From a virus (Duplodnaviria; Caudoviricetes), in IMG/VR virus record IMGVR_UViG_3300011334_000137, positions 1-29,874 of that record: a stretch of 29,874 nt of DNA; one strand, 5' to 3'. The translations under genes were made by a program, and so were the position numbers. The stretch's first letter is position 1, and each line of letters starts with the position of its first letter. The notes under the pieces are model-generated. The model saw only the letters and a program-made list of their open reading frames with translations. It searched no databases and was not told where the DNA came from. Shown in pieces: positions 7,909 to 15,507 of this stretch.

Positions 7909-8909
7909 GAATTATCACAGTAGGTCAGAGAAACTCAGGAGTATCTTTTCATAGGTTATTCAATCCCATTATCTATCTTCCAAAGGACTTCGCAATGATG
8001 ACCGATGTACTAACTGAGGAAGAACTTGAGAAGGGGTATGACATTGTTTTTATTAACCGATACATTGCAGGTACGGAGGTAGATGAATTGGTAAGACTGC
8101 GTGAGAAGTACGGATTCAAGTTGGTAGTTGATATTGATGATTATTGGCATCTTGACCCGTGGCACATCTTGTACGGCAAATATCCAACTCAAAAGGTCAT
8201 AGACCATATCAAGATAGCAGACTTGGTTATCTGCTCAAATAATGATTTGGCGGTCCATATTGATGAACTAAACTCGAATTGGATAGTAATACCAAACGCA
8301 TTGCCTTATGGGCAAGACCAGTTTACAGATGTCAAGACTGAATCTGATAGGGTGCGGTTTGTTTACGCAGGGTCAATAACACACGGCAAAGACATTGCAA
8401 TCCTAAAGAATCCAATGAAGCGTGTTGCAACAGATGTTATAACAAGGAATAACTCAAGATTCATACTTTGCGGTTATAGTCAAGACAAGCAAGTAGCAAA
8501 TGAATGGGGAAGGATGATTAACGATTATCTTTGTGCATTCAAGGTTGATGGTTACATACGGGAAGCGTTACCAGTTGATGAGTATATGAACTTTTATAAT
8601 GAGGCAGATGCTTGTTTGATTCCTTTGGTAGATTCAAAGTTCAACTCAATGAAGTCCAACCTTAAAGTATTGGAGGCAGCCACAAAGAACGCACCAGTAA
8701 TTGCATCCAATGTAAAACCTTATTCTGATTGCCCACACATTATACCAGTAGGGCATCAAGGAGGATGGTTTGAAAACATTAAAAAAGTTGTTAAAGATGC
8801 TATATATAGACAAGAATTGGGTCTTGCTAATGGGCAGTGGTGTAGAGAGAATTTCAACTTGGTAAAAGTTAATGAGTTAAGAAGTCAAGTATTCAAATCA
8901 ATAATATGA
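7905..8909 (+). CDS. Glycosyltransferase, GT-B fold (GT4-like)
   Basis: VVDIDD, VIPNAL, FVYAGS, KSNLKVLEAA...PVIAS motifs. Confidence 0.85.
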   Translation: MRIITVGQRNSGVSFHRLFNPIIYLPKDFAMMTDVLTEEELEKGYDIVFINRYIAGTEVDELVRLREKYGFKLVVDIDDYWHLDPWHILYGKYPTQKVIDHIKIADLVICSNNDLAVHIDELNSNWIVIPNALPYGQDQFTDVKTESDRVRFVYAGSITHGKDIAILKNPMKRVATDVITRNNSRFILCGYSQDKQVANEWGRMINDYLCAFKVDGYIREALPVDEYMNFYNEADACLIPLVDSKFNSMKSNLKVLEAATKNAPVIASNVKPYSDCPHIIPVGHQGGWFENIKKVVKDAIYRQELGLANGQWCRENFNLVKVNELRSQVFKSII

Positions 8910-9148
8910 AAGCAGAATTGCACTTTAACCTTGATGATTATGATGATAAGATAGAGCATCTTAGATGTGTTCAGTCTACTGAGTTATGCAGTGCCATTCA
9001 TGAATTTATTTACAATACAAAGAAGGGTTTGAAGAATGAAGCAGAAGCAAAAGACCTTGATGCTTATGAAGCAATAAATTTAGTATATGAAAAGTTTTGG
9101 GAAATACTTAAAGAGCATAACATAGACATAGATAAACTTGTAATATGA
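8906..9148 (+). CDS. Hypothetical protein
   Basis: 80 aa with ATGA overlaps at both ends. Confidence 0.7.
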   Translation: MKAELHFNLDDYDDKIEHLRCVQSTELCSAIHEFIYNTKKGLKNEAEAKDLDAYEAINLVYEKFWEILKEHNIDIDKLVI

Positions 9149-9264
9149 AATACCAAGCAAAGTGGGTAACGTGTAAAAATTGCCACAAGAAGTACACCAT
9201 TACAATCATCAAATCAAAGGCAAAGGAAAGCAAGTGCGGTCATTGTGGAACTATAAATAAATAA
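9145..9264 (+). CDS. Small zinc-ribbon protein (39 aa)
   Basis: MKYQAKWVTCKNCHKK...KCGHCGTINK has two CxxC pairs and fills the gap exactly. Confidence 0.65.
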   Translation: MKYQAKWVTCKNCHKKYTITIIKSKAKESKCGHCGTINK

Positions 9265-9265
9265 A

Positions 9266-10048
9266 ATGGACAAAGTATTGATAGCAATGGCGGTGCATGA
9301 TACCGAGGAAAACAAAAGGAGTGCCTTAACTAAAAGGGTGCTTAACAGTTTATTTGCACAAGACATTTATGAGAATCATGACTTTTGGGTGGTAGATAAT
9401 AACTCTTGCGAAGAAACAAAGCAATGCCTTGCAGAATGGGCAGAAGATGGGTTCATCAATGTCATCACCAATGATACAAACATAGGTACTGCCGAGGCGG
9501 TTAATCTTGCTTGGAAGCATAGAATCATTGGTCAGCATTGCATTAAGATGGACAATGATGTTATCATTGGTTCTTATGATTGGGTCTATGAAATGGCAGA
9601 AGCAATCCAAAGGGAAGCAAGAATAGGCATAGTTGGATTAAAGAGAAAAGACTGCTGGGAAGAACCGAACCACGCATTACCTGATTGGAGAAGTGAATTG
9701 ATTATGCTACCACACTTCGCAGGTCAAAGATGGGTAATAGTTGAGAAGTGCCATCATATCATAGGTACTTGCCAAATGTACTCATCAGCATTGTTGGACA
9801 AAATAGGCTACCTTTACCAACCTTCCCTTTATGGTTATGACGATGTCCTTGCATCTCATAGGTCAACAGTTGCAGGGATGTGGAATGTATTCTTGCCTCA
9901 TATTGAGATAGACCACATAGACAAGGGAGAAACTGCTTACCAGTCTTGGAAGGAGAAACATAGTAGCGAAGTAACCCAACAAGTAATCAAGATAACCCAT
10001 GAATACTATCAAGGGATAAGACCAATTTATTATAACCCATTTCAATGA
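9266..10048 (+). CDS. Glycosyltransferase, GT-A fold (GT2-like)
   Basis: VVDNNS, NIG.A.A.N and the DxD motif MDND. Confidence 0.85.
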   Translation: MDKVLIAMAVHDTEENKRSALTKRVLNSLFAQDIYENHDFWVVDNNSCEETKQCLAEWAEDGFINVITNDTNIGTAEAVNLAWKHRIIGQHCIKMDNDVIIGSYDWVYEMAEAIQREARIGIVGLKRKDCWEEPNHALPDWRSELIMLPHFAGQRWVIVEKCHHIIGTCQMYSSALLDKIGYLYQPSLYGYDDVLASHRSTVAGMWNVFLPHIEIDHIDKGETAYQSWKEKHSSEVTQQVIKITHEYYQGIRPIYYNPFQ

Positions 10049-10668
10049 AAGTAATAGTATCACTTGACAATCCGAATCACCCAGGTTGGTTGAAGTTAGA
10101 GGAGTCACTAAAAAGACATGGGTGGGACTACCATACCATTGTCAAAGAGTGGAAAGGGTTCGGGACTAAGATAATTGGGTTGTATGAATACTTGGTTAAT
10201 TCCTATGATGAGGACTTCATCTACCTTGATGCGTATGATAACTATTGTGTGGCAGCACCTGATGAGTTTGAGTATAAGCATAAGACCGGTACTGGCTTGA
10301 TAATAAGTGCAGAGAAAGGATGTTACCCTGATTCAAATAATAGGGGGAAGTTTCCAACTGTTCCCCATGAATGGAAGTATCTCAACTCAGGACAGATATA
10401 CGGCAGAAGGGATGTGTTTATGAATCTATTTGAGCAAAACCCAGTGAGGTTTGAAGATGATGACCAAAGATGGTACACGGATAGATACCTTGAGAGAAGA
10501 GCAAGCATAAGCCTTGATTACTGCAATATCTTCCAATCAGTTGCATTTGAGGTAGAGGGTGACTTTACTTTGACCTATAACAGACTATATAACAACAAGA
10601 CACATACCTTCCCAATGTTTATACATGGTAACGGGAAAACAGATATGACTAAATTTTATCAATTATGA
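10045..10668 (+). CDS. PLOD/LH3-like glycosyltransferase domain protein
   Basis: LDAYD, SAEKGCYP, YLNSG..YG, DDDQRWYT, IFQS and IHGNG parallel the GT domain motifs of procollagen lysyl hydroxylases. Confidence 0.75.
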   Translation: MKVIVSLDNPNHPGWLKLEESLKRHGWDYHTIVKEWKGFGTKIIGLYEYLVNSYDEDFIYLDAYDNYCVAAPDEFEYKHKTGTGLIISAEKGCYPDSNNRGKFPTVPHEWKYLNSGQIYGRRDVFMNLFEQNPVRFEDDDQRWYTDRYLERRASISLDYCNIFQSVAFEVEGDFTLTYNRLYNNKTHTFPMFIHGNGKTDMTKFYQL

Positions 10669-11336
10669 TGGATGAACTGGTAAAAGATTACACCGAAAAG
10701 GTAAATGCTGACAAAGAACTTAAAGCGTATCGGGACTGGATAGAAGCAAACGCATTCGGATTCGGGGAAAGGTGCTTTCTTTGGATGTGGAATGACATTG
10801 TAGCAAAGATTCCTGATGAGTTTACCTTTATGGAGATAGGGGTATTCAGAGGGCAGATACTTGCTCTTGTTAGCAAACTTGCAGAACGGCATGGCAAGAA
10901 GGTTAGGCGAATAGGAATCACCCCACTTGATACATCAGATGGGCATTGGGAATCAGACTATGAAGCAGACATAATAAGACTTCATGATGTGTTTAATATC
11001 AAGGATGATTACGAACTAATCCGCTTGGATTCAACCAACCCAAACGCTATCAAGTTGGCATCACAGAATCCACCTGATGTCTTATACATAGATGGGGGAC
11101 ATACCTACGAAGTGGTAAAGTCAGACCTAACACATTACCTGCCTATCCTAAAGGTAGGTGGCACACTTGTAATAGATGACTGTAACAATGCTATCCCGAT
11201 GCCGTGGGGTTACTTTCAGGGTATTCAATCGGTATCAATTGCGGTTGATGAGGTTCTCCCAAGAGAAGGAAGCACAGAGTATTGGAAGCATGAGTTGAAC
11301 TTGGTTCATAATAGAGTATTAACTAAATTGAAGTAA
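10665..11336 (+). CDS. Class I SAM-dependent methyltransferase (Methyltransf_24-like)
   Basis: MEIGVFRG, LYIDGGHTYE.V..D and LKVGG.LVIDD motifs. Confidence 0.85.
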   Translation: MMDELVKDYTEKVNADKELKAYRDWIEANAFGFGERCFLWMWNDIVAKIPDEFTFMEIGVFRGQILALVSKLAERHGKKVRRIGITPLDTSDGHWESDYEADIIRLHDVFNIKDDYELIRLDSTNPNAIKLASQNPPDVLYIDGGHTYEVVKSDLTHYLPILKVGGTLVIDDCNNAIPMPWGYFQGIQSVSIAVDEVLPREGSTEYWKHELNLVHNRVLTKLK

Positions 11337-11768
11337 ATGGAAAAGAAAAAGAATAAAGTGGGTAGACCTAAAGCAATAGAATCACCCGAAGTGATGTATC
11401 AACTCTTTCAAGAGTATTGTGAGCATACAAAAGCAAATCCAATCAAGGTTAAAGATTGGGTTGGAGGTATGGCGAAGCCAGTAGTGAGGGAAAAAGAGAT
11501 TCCATACACCCTTGAAGGGTTTGAGATATATTGTTTTAAGCAAGGAATAATATCGGATTTGGCAAGATACTTCTCTAATTTGGATGGTGCATACGAACAA
11601 TTTCGTCCCATCTGCTCTAATATAAGGCGAATAATCAGAGAGGACCAAATAAATGGGGGAATGGCAGGGATATTCAATGCTTCCATAACGCAGCGTTTGA
11701 ATAATCTTGTTGAGAAAACCGAGAATAAGCATGAGGTGAGTGAGATAAAGATTACCCGTGACCGCTGA
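11337..11768 (+). CDS. terS: Terminase small subunit (P22 gp3-like)
   Basis: GRP..IESPE, PYTLEGF and G.FNASI..R patterns. Directly upstream of TerL. Confidence 0.8.
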   Translation: MEKKKNKVGRPKAIESPEVMYQLFQEYCEHTKANPIKVKDWVGGMAKPVVREKEIPYTLEGFEIYCFKQGIISDLARYFSNLDGAYEQFRPICSNIRRIIREDQINGGMAGIFNASITQRLNNLVEKTENKHEVSEIKITRDR

Positions 11769-12930
11769 GGTTAAGTTATATAATCCACACGATGCCCAAA
11801 AAAAGGTCATAGAATGCCCAAAGCGGTTCATTGTTATGATGGCAGGGAGAAGGTTTGGCAAGTCCTTAATCAGTCAGACAATTGCCTTAGAATCGGGAAT
11901 AGAGGGGAAGAGGGTTGCTTACATAACTCCAACCTATCAACTCGGTAAGATATTCTTCCAAGAGTTGCTTGAGATGTTACCCAATGAGATTTACAAAAAG
12001 AATGAGGCAGACTTGGTTATTCAATTTATAACGGGTGGTTCAATCCGATTCTTTACGGGTGAAAGGTTGGATAATCTCCGAGGGTTGAAGTTTCACCTTT
12101 GCATCATTGATGAGGCATCTTTTATCCCTAACCTTGAGGATGGGTGGTTAAACTCAATCAGACCTACGCTTACCGATTATAAGGGTAAGGCATTGTTTTT
12201 GTCTACCCCAAAGGGTAAGAACTACTTTTACTCGCTTTTTATGAAAGGTAATGGAGGTGAGGAAGATTGGGCATCATTCAAGTTCAGCACCTATGATAAC
12301 CCGTACATTGATAAATCTGAGGTAGATTCTGCAAGGATGCAACTGCCTGAGGTAGTCTTTGAGCAAGAGTACATGGCAAACCCTGCTGAGAATGCTGCTA
12401 ACCCTTTTGGGTCTGCATTCATAAGGCAATGCATTTACCCTATGAGTAATGGACCAGTCGCTTGCTATGGCATTGACCTTGCTAAGTCTGTGGATTATAC
12501 TGTGGTCATAGGCTTGGACAAGAATGGGTCTGTGTGCCATTTTGAACGCTTTCAGAAGGATTGGAGGCAAACAAAGGAATATATCATTAATTTACCTAAA
12601 GCACCGATTCTGATGGATTCTACGGGGGTAGGTGACCCAATCTTTGAGGATATGCAACGGGAGGGGTTAGATGTGCAAGGATATAAGTTCAGTTCTACCT
12701 CAAAGCAGATGCTTATGGAGGGTCTTGCATCTGCAATACACCAAAGAAAGATAACCTTCCCAAGCGGTCCTATTGTAGATGAGTTGGAGATATTTGAGTA
12801 CCAATACACCTCCTACGGGGTAAAATACTCAGCACCTCAGGGATTCCATGATGACTGCGTGGTAAGTCTGTCCCTTGCTTGGCAACACCTTCAGAAGAAT
12901 GTGGGCAGTGGAAGGTATTCTTTCGCATAG
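11758..12930 (+). CDS. terL: Terminase large subunit
   Basis: Walker A AGRRFGKS, Walker B CIIDEAS, STP motif, and nuclease residues GIDLA...D and HDDCV. Confidence 0.95.
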   Translation: MTAEVKLYNPHDAQKKVIECPKRFIVMMAGRRFGKSLISQTIALESGIEGKRVAYITPTYQLGKIFFQELLEMLPNEIYKKNEADLVIQFITGGSIRFFTGERLDNLRGLKFHLCIIDEASFIPNLEDGWLNSIRPTLTDYKGKALFLSTPKGKNYFYSLFMKGNGGEEDWASFKFSTYDNPYIDKSEVDSARMQLPEVVFEQEYMANPAENAANPFGSAFIRQCIYPMSNGPVACYGIDLAKSVDYTVVIGLDKNGSVCHFERFQKDWRQTKEYIINLPKAPILMDSTGVGDPIFEDMQREGLDVQGYKFSSTSKQMLMEGLASAIHQRKITFPSGPIVDELEIFEYQYTSYGVKYSAPQGFHDDCVVSLSLAWQHLQKNVGSGRYSFA

Positions 12931-12960
12931 GGGGAAACGGGGGGAAGTCGGGGGGAAACT
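12930..12960 (+). repeat. G-tract triplet
   Basis: G5-AAAC-G6-AAGTC-G6-AAACT immediately after the terL stop. Confidence 0.85.
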
Positions 12961-12965
12961 ACCTT

Positions 12966-13029
12966 ACTAAATTATTTTTTAAAATAATTAAGAAAAAGTT
13001 TTGCAGTATTGATTTATTGTTTATCTTTG
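12966..13029 (+). promoter_or_regulatory. Promoter cassette copy 1
   Basis: 42 bp (12966-13007) identical to 13467-13508. TTTG 13000-13003, 18 nt spacer, TATCTTTG 13022-13029. Confidence 0.85.
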
Positions 13030-13047
13030 AAAAACAAATCACAACAC

Positions 13048-13239
13048 ATGAACACACAAGAAATCGTAAAAATGTTAGAAAGCGGTGTACAATTCGGCAA
13101 TGATAACACTGGTTTTTATGTAAAAGAAAACGGATTGTTTTTGATGTGTGAATTTTCTAAAGATTGCAAATACACTACATTCCCAACATTGGAAAAGATG
13201 GCAAGAAGAATCTTGAGATTTTATAAAGTAGGTTATTAA
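13048..13239 (+). CDS. Hypothetical protein (cassette 1)
   Basis: ATG after AAATCACAACAC; MNTQEIVKML... Confidence 0.7.
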   Translation: MNTQEIVKMLESGVQFGNDNTGFYVKENGLFLMCEFSKDCKYTTFPTLEKMARRILRFYKVGY

Positions 13240-13256
13240 TCAACAAATCATAAGAA

Positions 13257-13466
13257 ATGAAACCTATAACATTTAAGTTAATTAACAAGAAATCTCAGAT
13301 AGGGTATCTGAAAATGGAACTGGTAGCAATCACAGATGATAATTTTTGGTTCAAATGTCATTATAAAGTAAGACATAAAGGCAATGTAACCAATGAGATA
13401 GACCTTATTTCATTTGATGTTGAAGATTATGAAATGATAAGAGAGGATTACAAGATTGTAGGATAA
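13257..13466 (+). CDS. Hypothetical protein (cassette 1, second gene)
   Basis: 69 aa. Its stop abuts the second repeat copy. Confidence 0.7.
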   Translation: MKPITFKLINKKSQIGYLKMELVAITDDNFWFKCHYKVRHKGNVTNEIDLISFDVEDYEMIREDYKIVG

Positions 13467-13530
13467 ACTAAATTATTTTTTAAAATAATTAAGAAAAAGT
13501 TTTGCAGTTTGAAATAATGTATTATCTTTG
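13467..13530 (+). promoter_or_regulatory. Promoter cassette copy 2
   Basis: Same 42 bp repeat. TTTG 13501-13504, 18 nt spacer, TATCTTTG 13523-13530. Confidence 0.85.
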
Positions 13531-13549
13531 TGTAACAAATCACAACAAC

Positions 13550-13813
13550 ATGAACACTACTTTTAAAATGACAAGGCACGAACAAAACGCAGTTGATTTT
13601 GGATTGAACTACTTTGAGAATGGTCACCAGTTCCAAGTTGTTTATGACATCTATCAAAATGATAGACTTATCAAAAGGCACATTTCTACAAAAACTGACA
13701 AGGTTTTGAATGCAACCATCAGGATAGATGCTGATGATTCAATTATTGATATAAACTTTCACGAAAACAAAAACAAGAAGTTTAACACAATAAAAGAAAA
13801 CATATTACTTTAA
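13550..13813 (+). CDS. Hypothetical protein (cassette 2)
   Basis: ATG after AAATCACAACAAC; MNTTFKMT... Confidence 0.7.
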   Translation: MNTTFKMTRHEQNAVDFGLNYFENGHQFQVVYDIYQNDRLIKRHISTKTDKVLNATIRIDADDSIIDINFHENKNKKFNTIKENILL

Positions 13814-13819
13814 ATCATC

Positions 13820-13844
13820 AGGGAGGTTCGCCTCCCTTTTTTTT
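13820..13844 (+). terminator. Intrinsic terminator
   Basis: AGGGAGG-TTCG-CCTCCCT followed by a T-run. Confidence 0.9.
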
Positions 13845-13864
13845 AAAATATTCTGCTAAAAAAG

Positions 13865-13893
13865 TTAGTTTTCTAAAATATTTAGTATTTTTG
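13865..13893 (+). promoter_or_regulatory. Bacteroidota-type promoter for the RNA+HNH unit
   Basis: TTAG (13865-13868), 17 nt spacer, TATTTTTG (13886-13893). Confidence 0.6.
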
Positions 13894-13898
13894 CTTAG

Positions 13899-13994
13899 TC
13901 AATCCGAAAGATAGTAGAGTATGTTTCGGGTTTGATTTTAGCAAACCTGCTACGATTAGACCCATACTGCTCTACCAGTGTGGGTTCTTTTTTT
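13899..13994 (+). ncRNA. Kissing-loop two-hairpin leader, copy 2
   Basis: P1 13901-13909/13924-13932 and P2 13960-13969/13976-13985 followed by T7. Loops GTAGAG (13914-13919) and CTCTAC (13970-13975) are complementary. Confidence 0.75.
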
Positions 13995-13997
13995 ATA

Positions 13998-14302
13998 CCT
14001 ACCTTTGGAAAGATACATTTGATTTATGCGTTTTTTATCTCGGTTCGGTCAAATGGTATAAGGCAACAGAATGGGACGATGGATATTGCCAAGGGAGTGC
14101 GAATTACAAAACCCTTCCATCTTAGGTACTGAAACCTAAAAAGTGATTGTAACGGGTAGTTAATCAGTTAAGTACTACCTGACCTTAAGCAGTGGCGAGG
14201 AAACTCAAAGCATGATGCTTGTGGTAGGGCAAAGGATGGTTAAAACCTGATTAGGACTAACTATGCTTTAACCTATCACAATGACTCCAAATCCTCAAGC
14301 AT
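13998..14302 (+). ncRNA. Candidate large structured RNA of unknown family
   Basis: No credible gene here. About ten local and long-range helices, GNRA loops and several pseudoknot-type complementarities (see findings). Confidence 0.65.
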
Positions 14303-14311
14303 AAATGTAAT

Positions 14312-14704
14312 ATGAATACTAAAGAGTATAAAAGATTATTAGGTACTGATAGGTGGAAGAACTTTGCAAATGAAGTAAAGAGAAGAGATGACTACAAGTG
14401 CGTAAAATGTAGTGGTACTCAAACCCTTCAAGCACATCACAAAATCTATTATCAGCATCGTTTACCTTGGGATTATAGCATTGACTTTTTAGAAACCCTA
14501 TGCTCTAAATGCCATTTGGCAGAACACAAATGCAAAGAAATTAATCAGTTTGAGGTCAATACTGCCACATTTAAAAAGATGAGGGTAGAGAATAGAATAC
14601 AACATAGACTTGCAAGGGTTGATGTAAAGGGCATGACTGCCAGTGAGATATATGAGAAAATGTTTGGCAAAGTAGAAGCTGAAGGGGCAGATGCTCCATT
14701 TTAG
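14312..14704 (+). CDS. HNH endonuclease (small, Zn-binding)
   Basis: RDDYKCVKC...LQAHH...LETLCSKCHLAEH. Confidence 0.9.
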   Translation: MNTKEYKRLLGTDRWKNFANEVKRRDDYKCVKCSGTQTLQAHHKIYYQHRLPWDYSIDFLETLCSKCHLAEHKCKEINQFEVNTATFKKMRVENRIQHRLARVDVKGMTASEIYEKMFGKVEAEGADAPF

Positions 14705-14734
14705 GTATCACTTATACACTTAACCTCAAATCAA

Positions 14735-14741
14735 CTATTTA
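14735..14741 (+). promoter_or_regulatory. Candidate late promoter CTATTTA
   Basis: Same heptamer precedes genes at 22134, 24368 and 27856. Confidence 0.55.
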
Positions 14742-14746
14742 TGGGT

Positions 14747-15424
14747 ATGACCTGGAACAATGTAACAGTATTTCAGTACCAGCAGATTAATGACCTTTAT
14801 GCTAATGCTAAGGACATGACAGACCTTGATTTGTCTATCAAGGTTACTTCTATTCTCAAGAACATGACTGAGCATCAGATTGACTCTTTACCCGTTAAAG
14901 AACTTGGTCCATTGCTTGAGTCTATCAGCTTTGTTCATCAAGACATCCAACCTCAAGCGGTTGACTTTATCAAGGTCAATGGTAGGGTTTACAAGTGCAT
15001 TTACGATGTACGGAATATTCCTGCTGCAAGGTATATTGAGAGTAAACACTTCAGTTCAGATGTAATGGGCAACCTGCATAAGATATTCGCTTGTATGGTG
15101 ATTCCTCAAAAAAAGACTTGGTTCGGTTGGAAGGATGATAAATACGATGCAAGTAAGCATAGCGAATACGCACAAGATATCCTTGAAGCACCCGTTGTTA
15201 ATGTCCTTGGGTCAGTGGTTTTTTTTTATCAAGTTTACAGACTTTGGATAAAGAATTCAAAGGACTATTTGGTGCAACAGATGATGGGAGCGAAGATAAC
15301 GAAGGAGGAGGCAGAGAAGGGATGGGAGGCTTTATGCAACATTATGGATGGATTTATCAAACCAAACTGGTTGCCGACTTTGAAGGCATCACACTTAACC
15401 AAGCATTTGACCTACCTACAATAA
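14747..15424 (+). CDS. Putative tail assembly chaperone (0-frame product)
   Basis: Long ORF (ATG at 14741 or 14747) containing a T9 slippery run with an overlapping -1 frame ORF. Confidence 0.6.
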   Translation: MTWNNVTVFQYQQINDLYANAKDMTDLDLSIKVTSILKNMTEHQIDSLPVKELGPLLESISFVHQDIQPQAVDFIKVNGRVYKCIYDVRNIPAARYIESKHFSSDVMGNLHKIFACMVIPQKKTWFGWKDDKYDASKHSEYAQDILEAPVVNVLGSVVFFYQVYRLWIKNSKDYLVQQMMGAKITKEEAEKGWEALCNIMDGFIKPNWLPTLKASHLTKHLTYLQ

Positions 15425-15507
15425 ACTTCCTGAATGACCTTGCCTACTTGAAAGCGAAGATGGAACATGATAACGAACTGATAAAGAAACAATATGGCAA
15501 AGGTTGA
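15220..15507 (+). CDS. -1 frameshift extension (gpGT-like C-terminus)
   Basis: The -1 frame is open from the T-run: FFLSSLQTLDKEFKGLF...YGWIY...FLNDLAYLK. Its stop overlaps the next gene start. Confidence 0.65.
   Translation, partial: FFLSSLQTLDKEFKGLFGATDDGSEDNEGGGREGMGGFMQHYGWIYQTKLVADFEGITLNQAFDLPTINFLNDLAYLKAKMEHDNELIKKQYGKG

Noticed and set aside
12903-12955. Canonical intramolecular G-quadruplex
   Set aside because: Only three adjacent long G-tracts. The fourth GGG is about 25 nt upstream inside terL.
12966-13508. CRISPR array or att-site interpretation of the 42-bp repeats
   Set aside because: Only two copies, 501 bp apart, each containing a promoter box. No cas or integrase gene is in the window.
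14026-14034. ATGCGTTTT shared with the start of the initiator gene (4994-5002) as a possible guide-target match
   Set aside because: A 9-mer in AT-rich DNA is expected by chance.
13932-14132. 66 aa ORF across the RNA region
   Set aside because: TTG start inside a hairpin, crosses a terminator-like T-run, lacks a leader motif, and is better explained as structured RNA.
13998-14704. Group I intron or IscB/HEARO interpretation
   Set aside because: No interrupted host gene is evident and no TAGTC partner was seen downstream of the GACTA at 14255. The ORF lacks the IscB RuvC/PLMP parts and is far too short.
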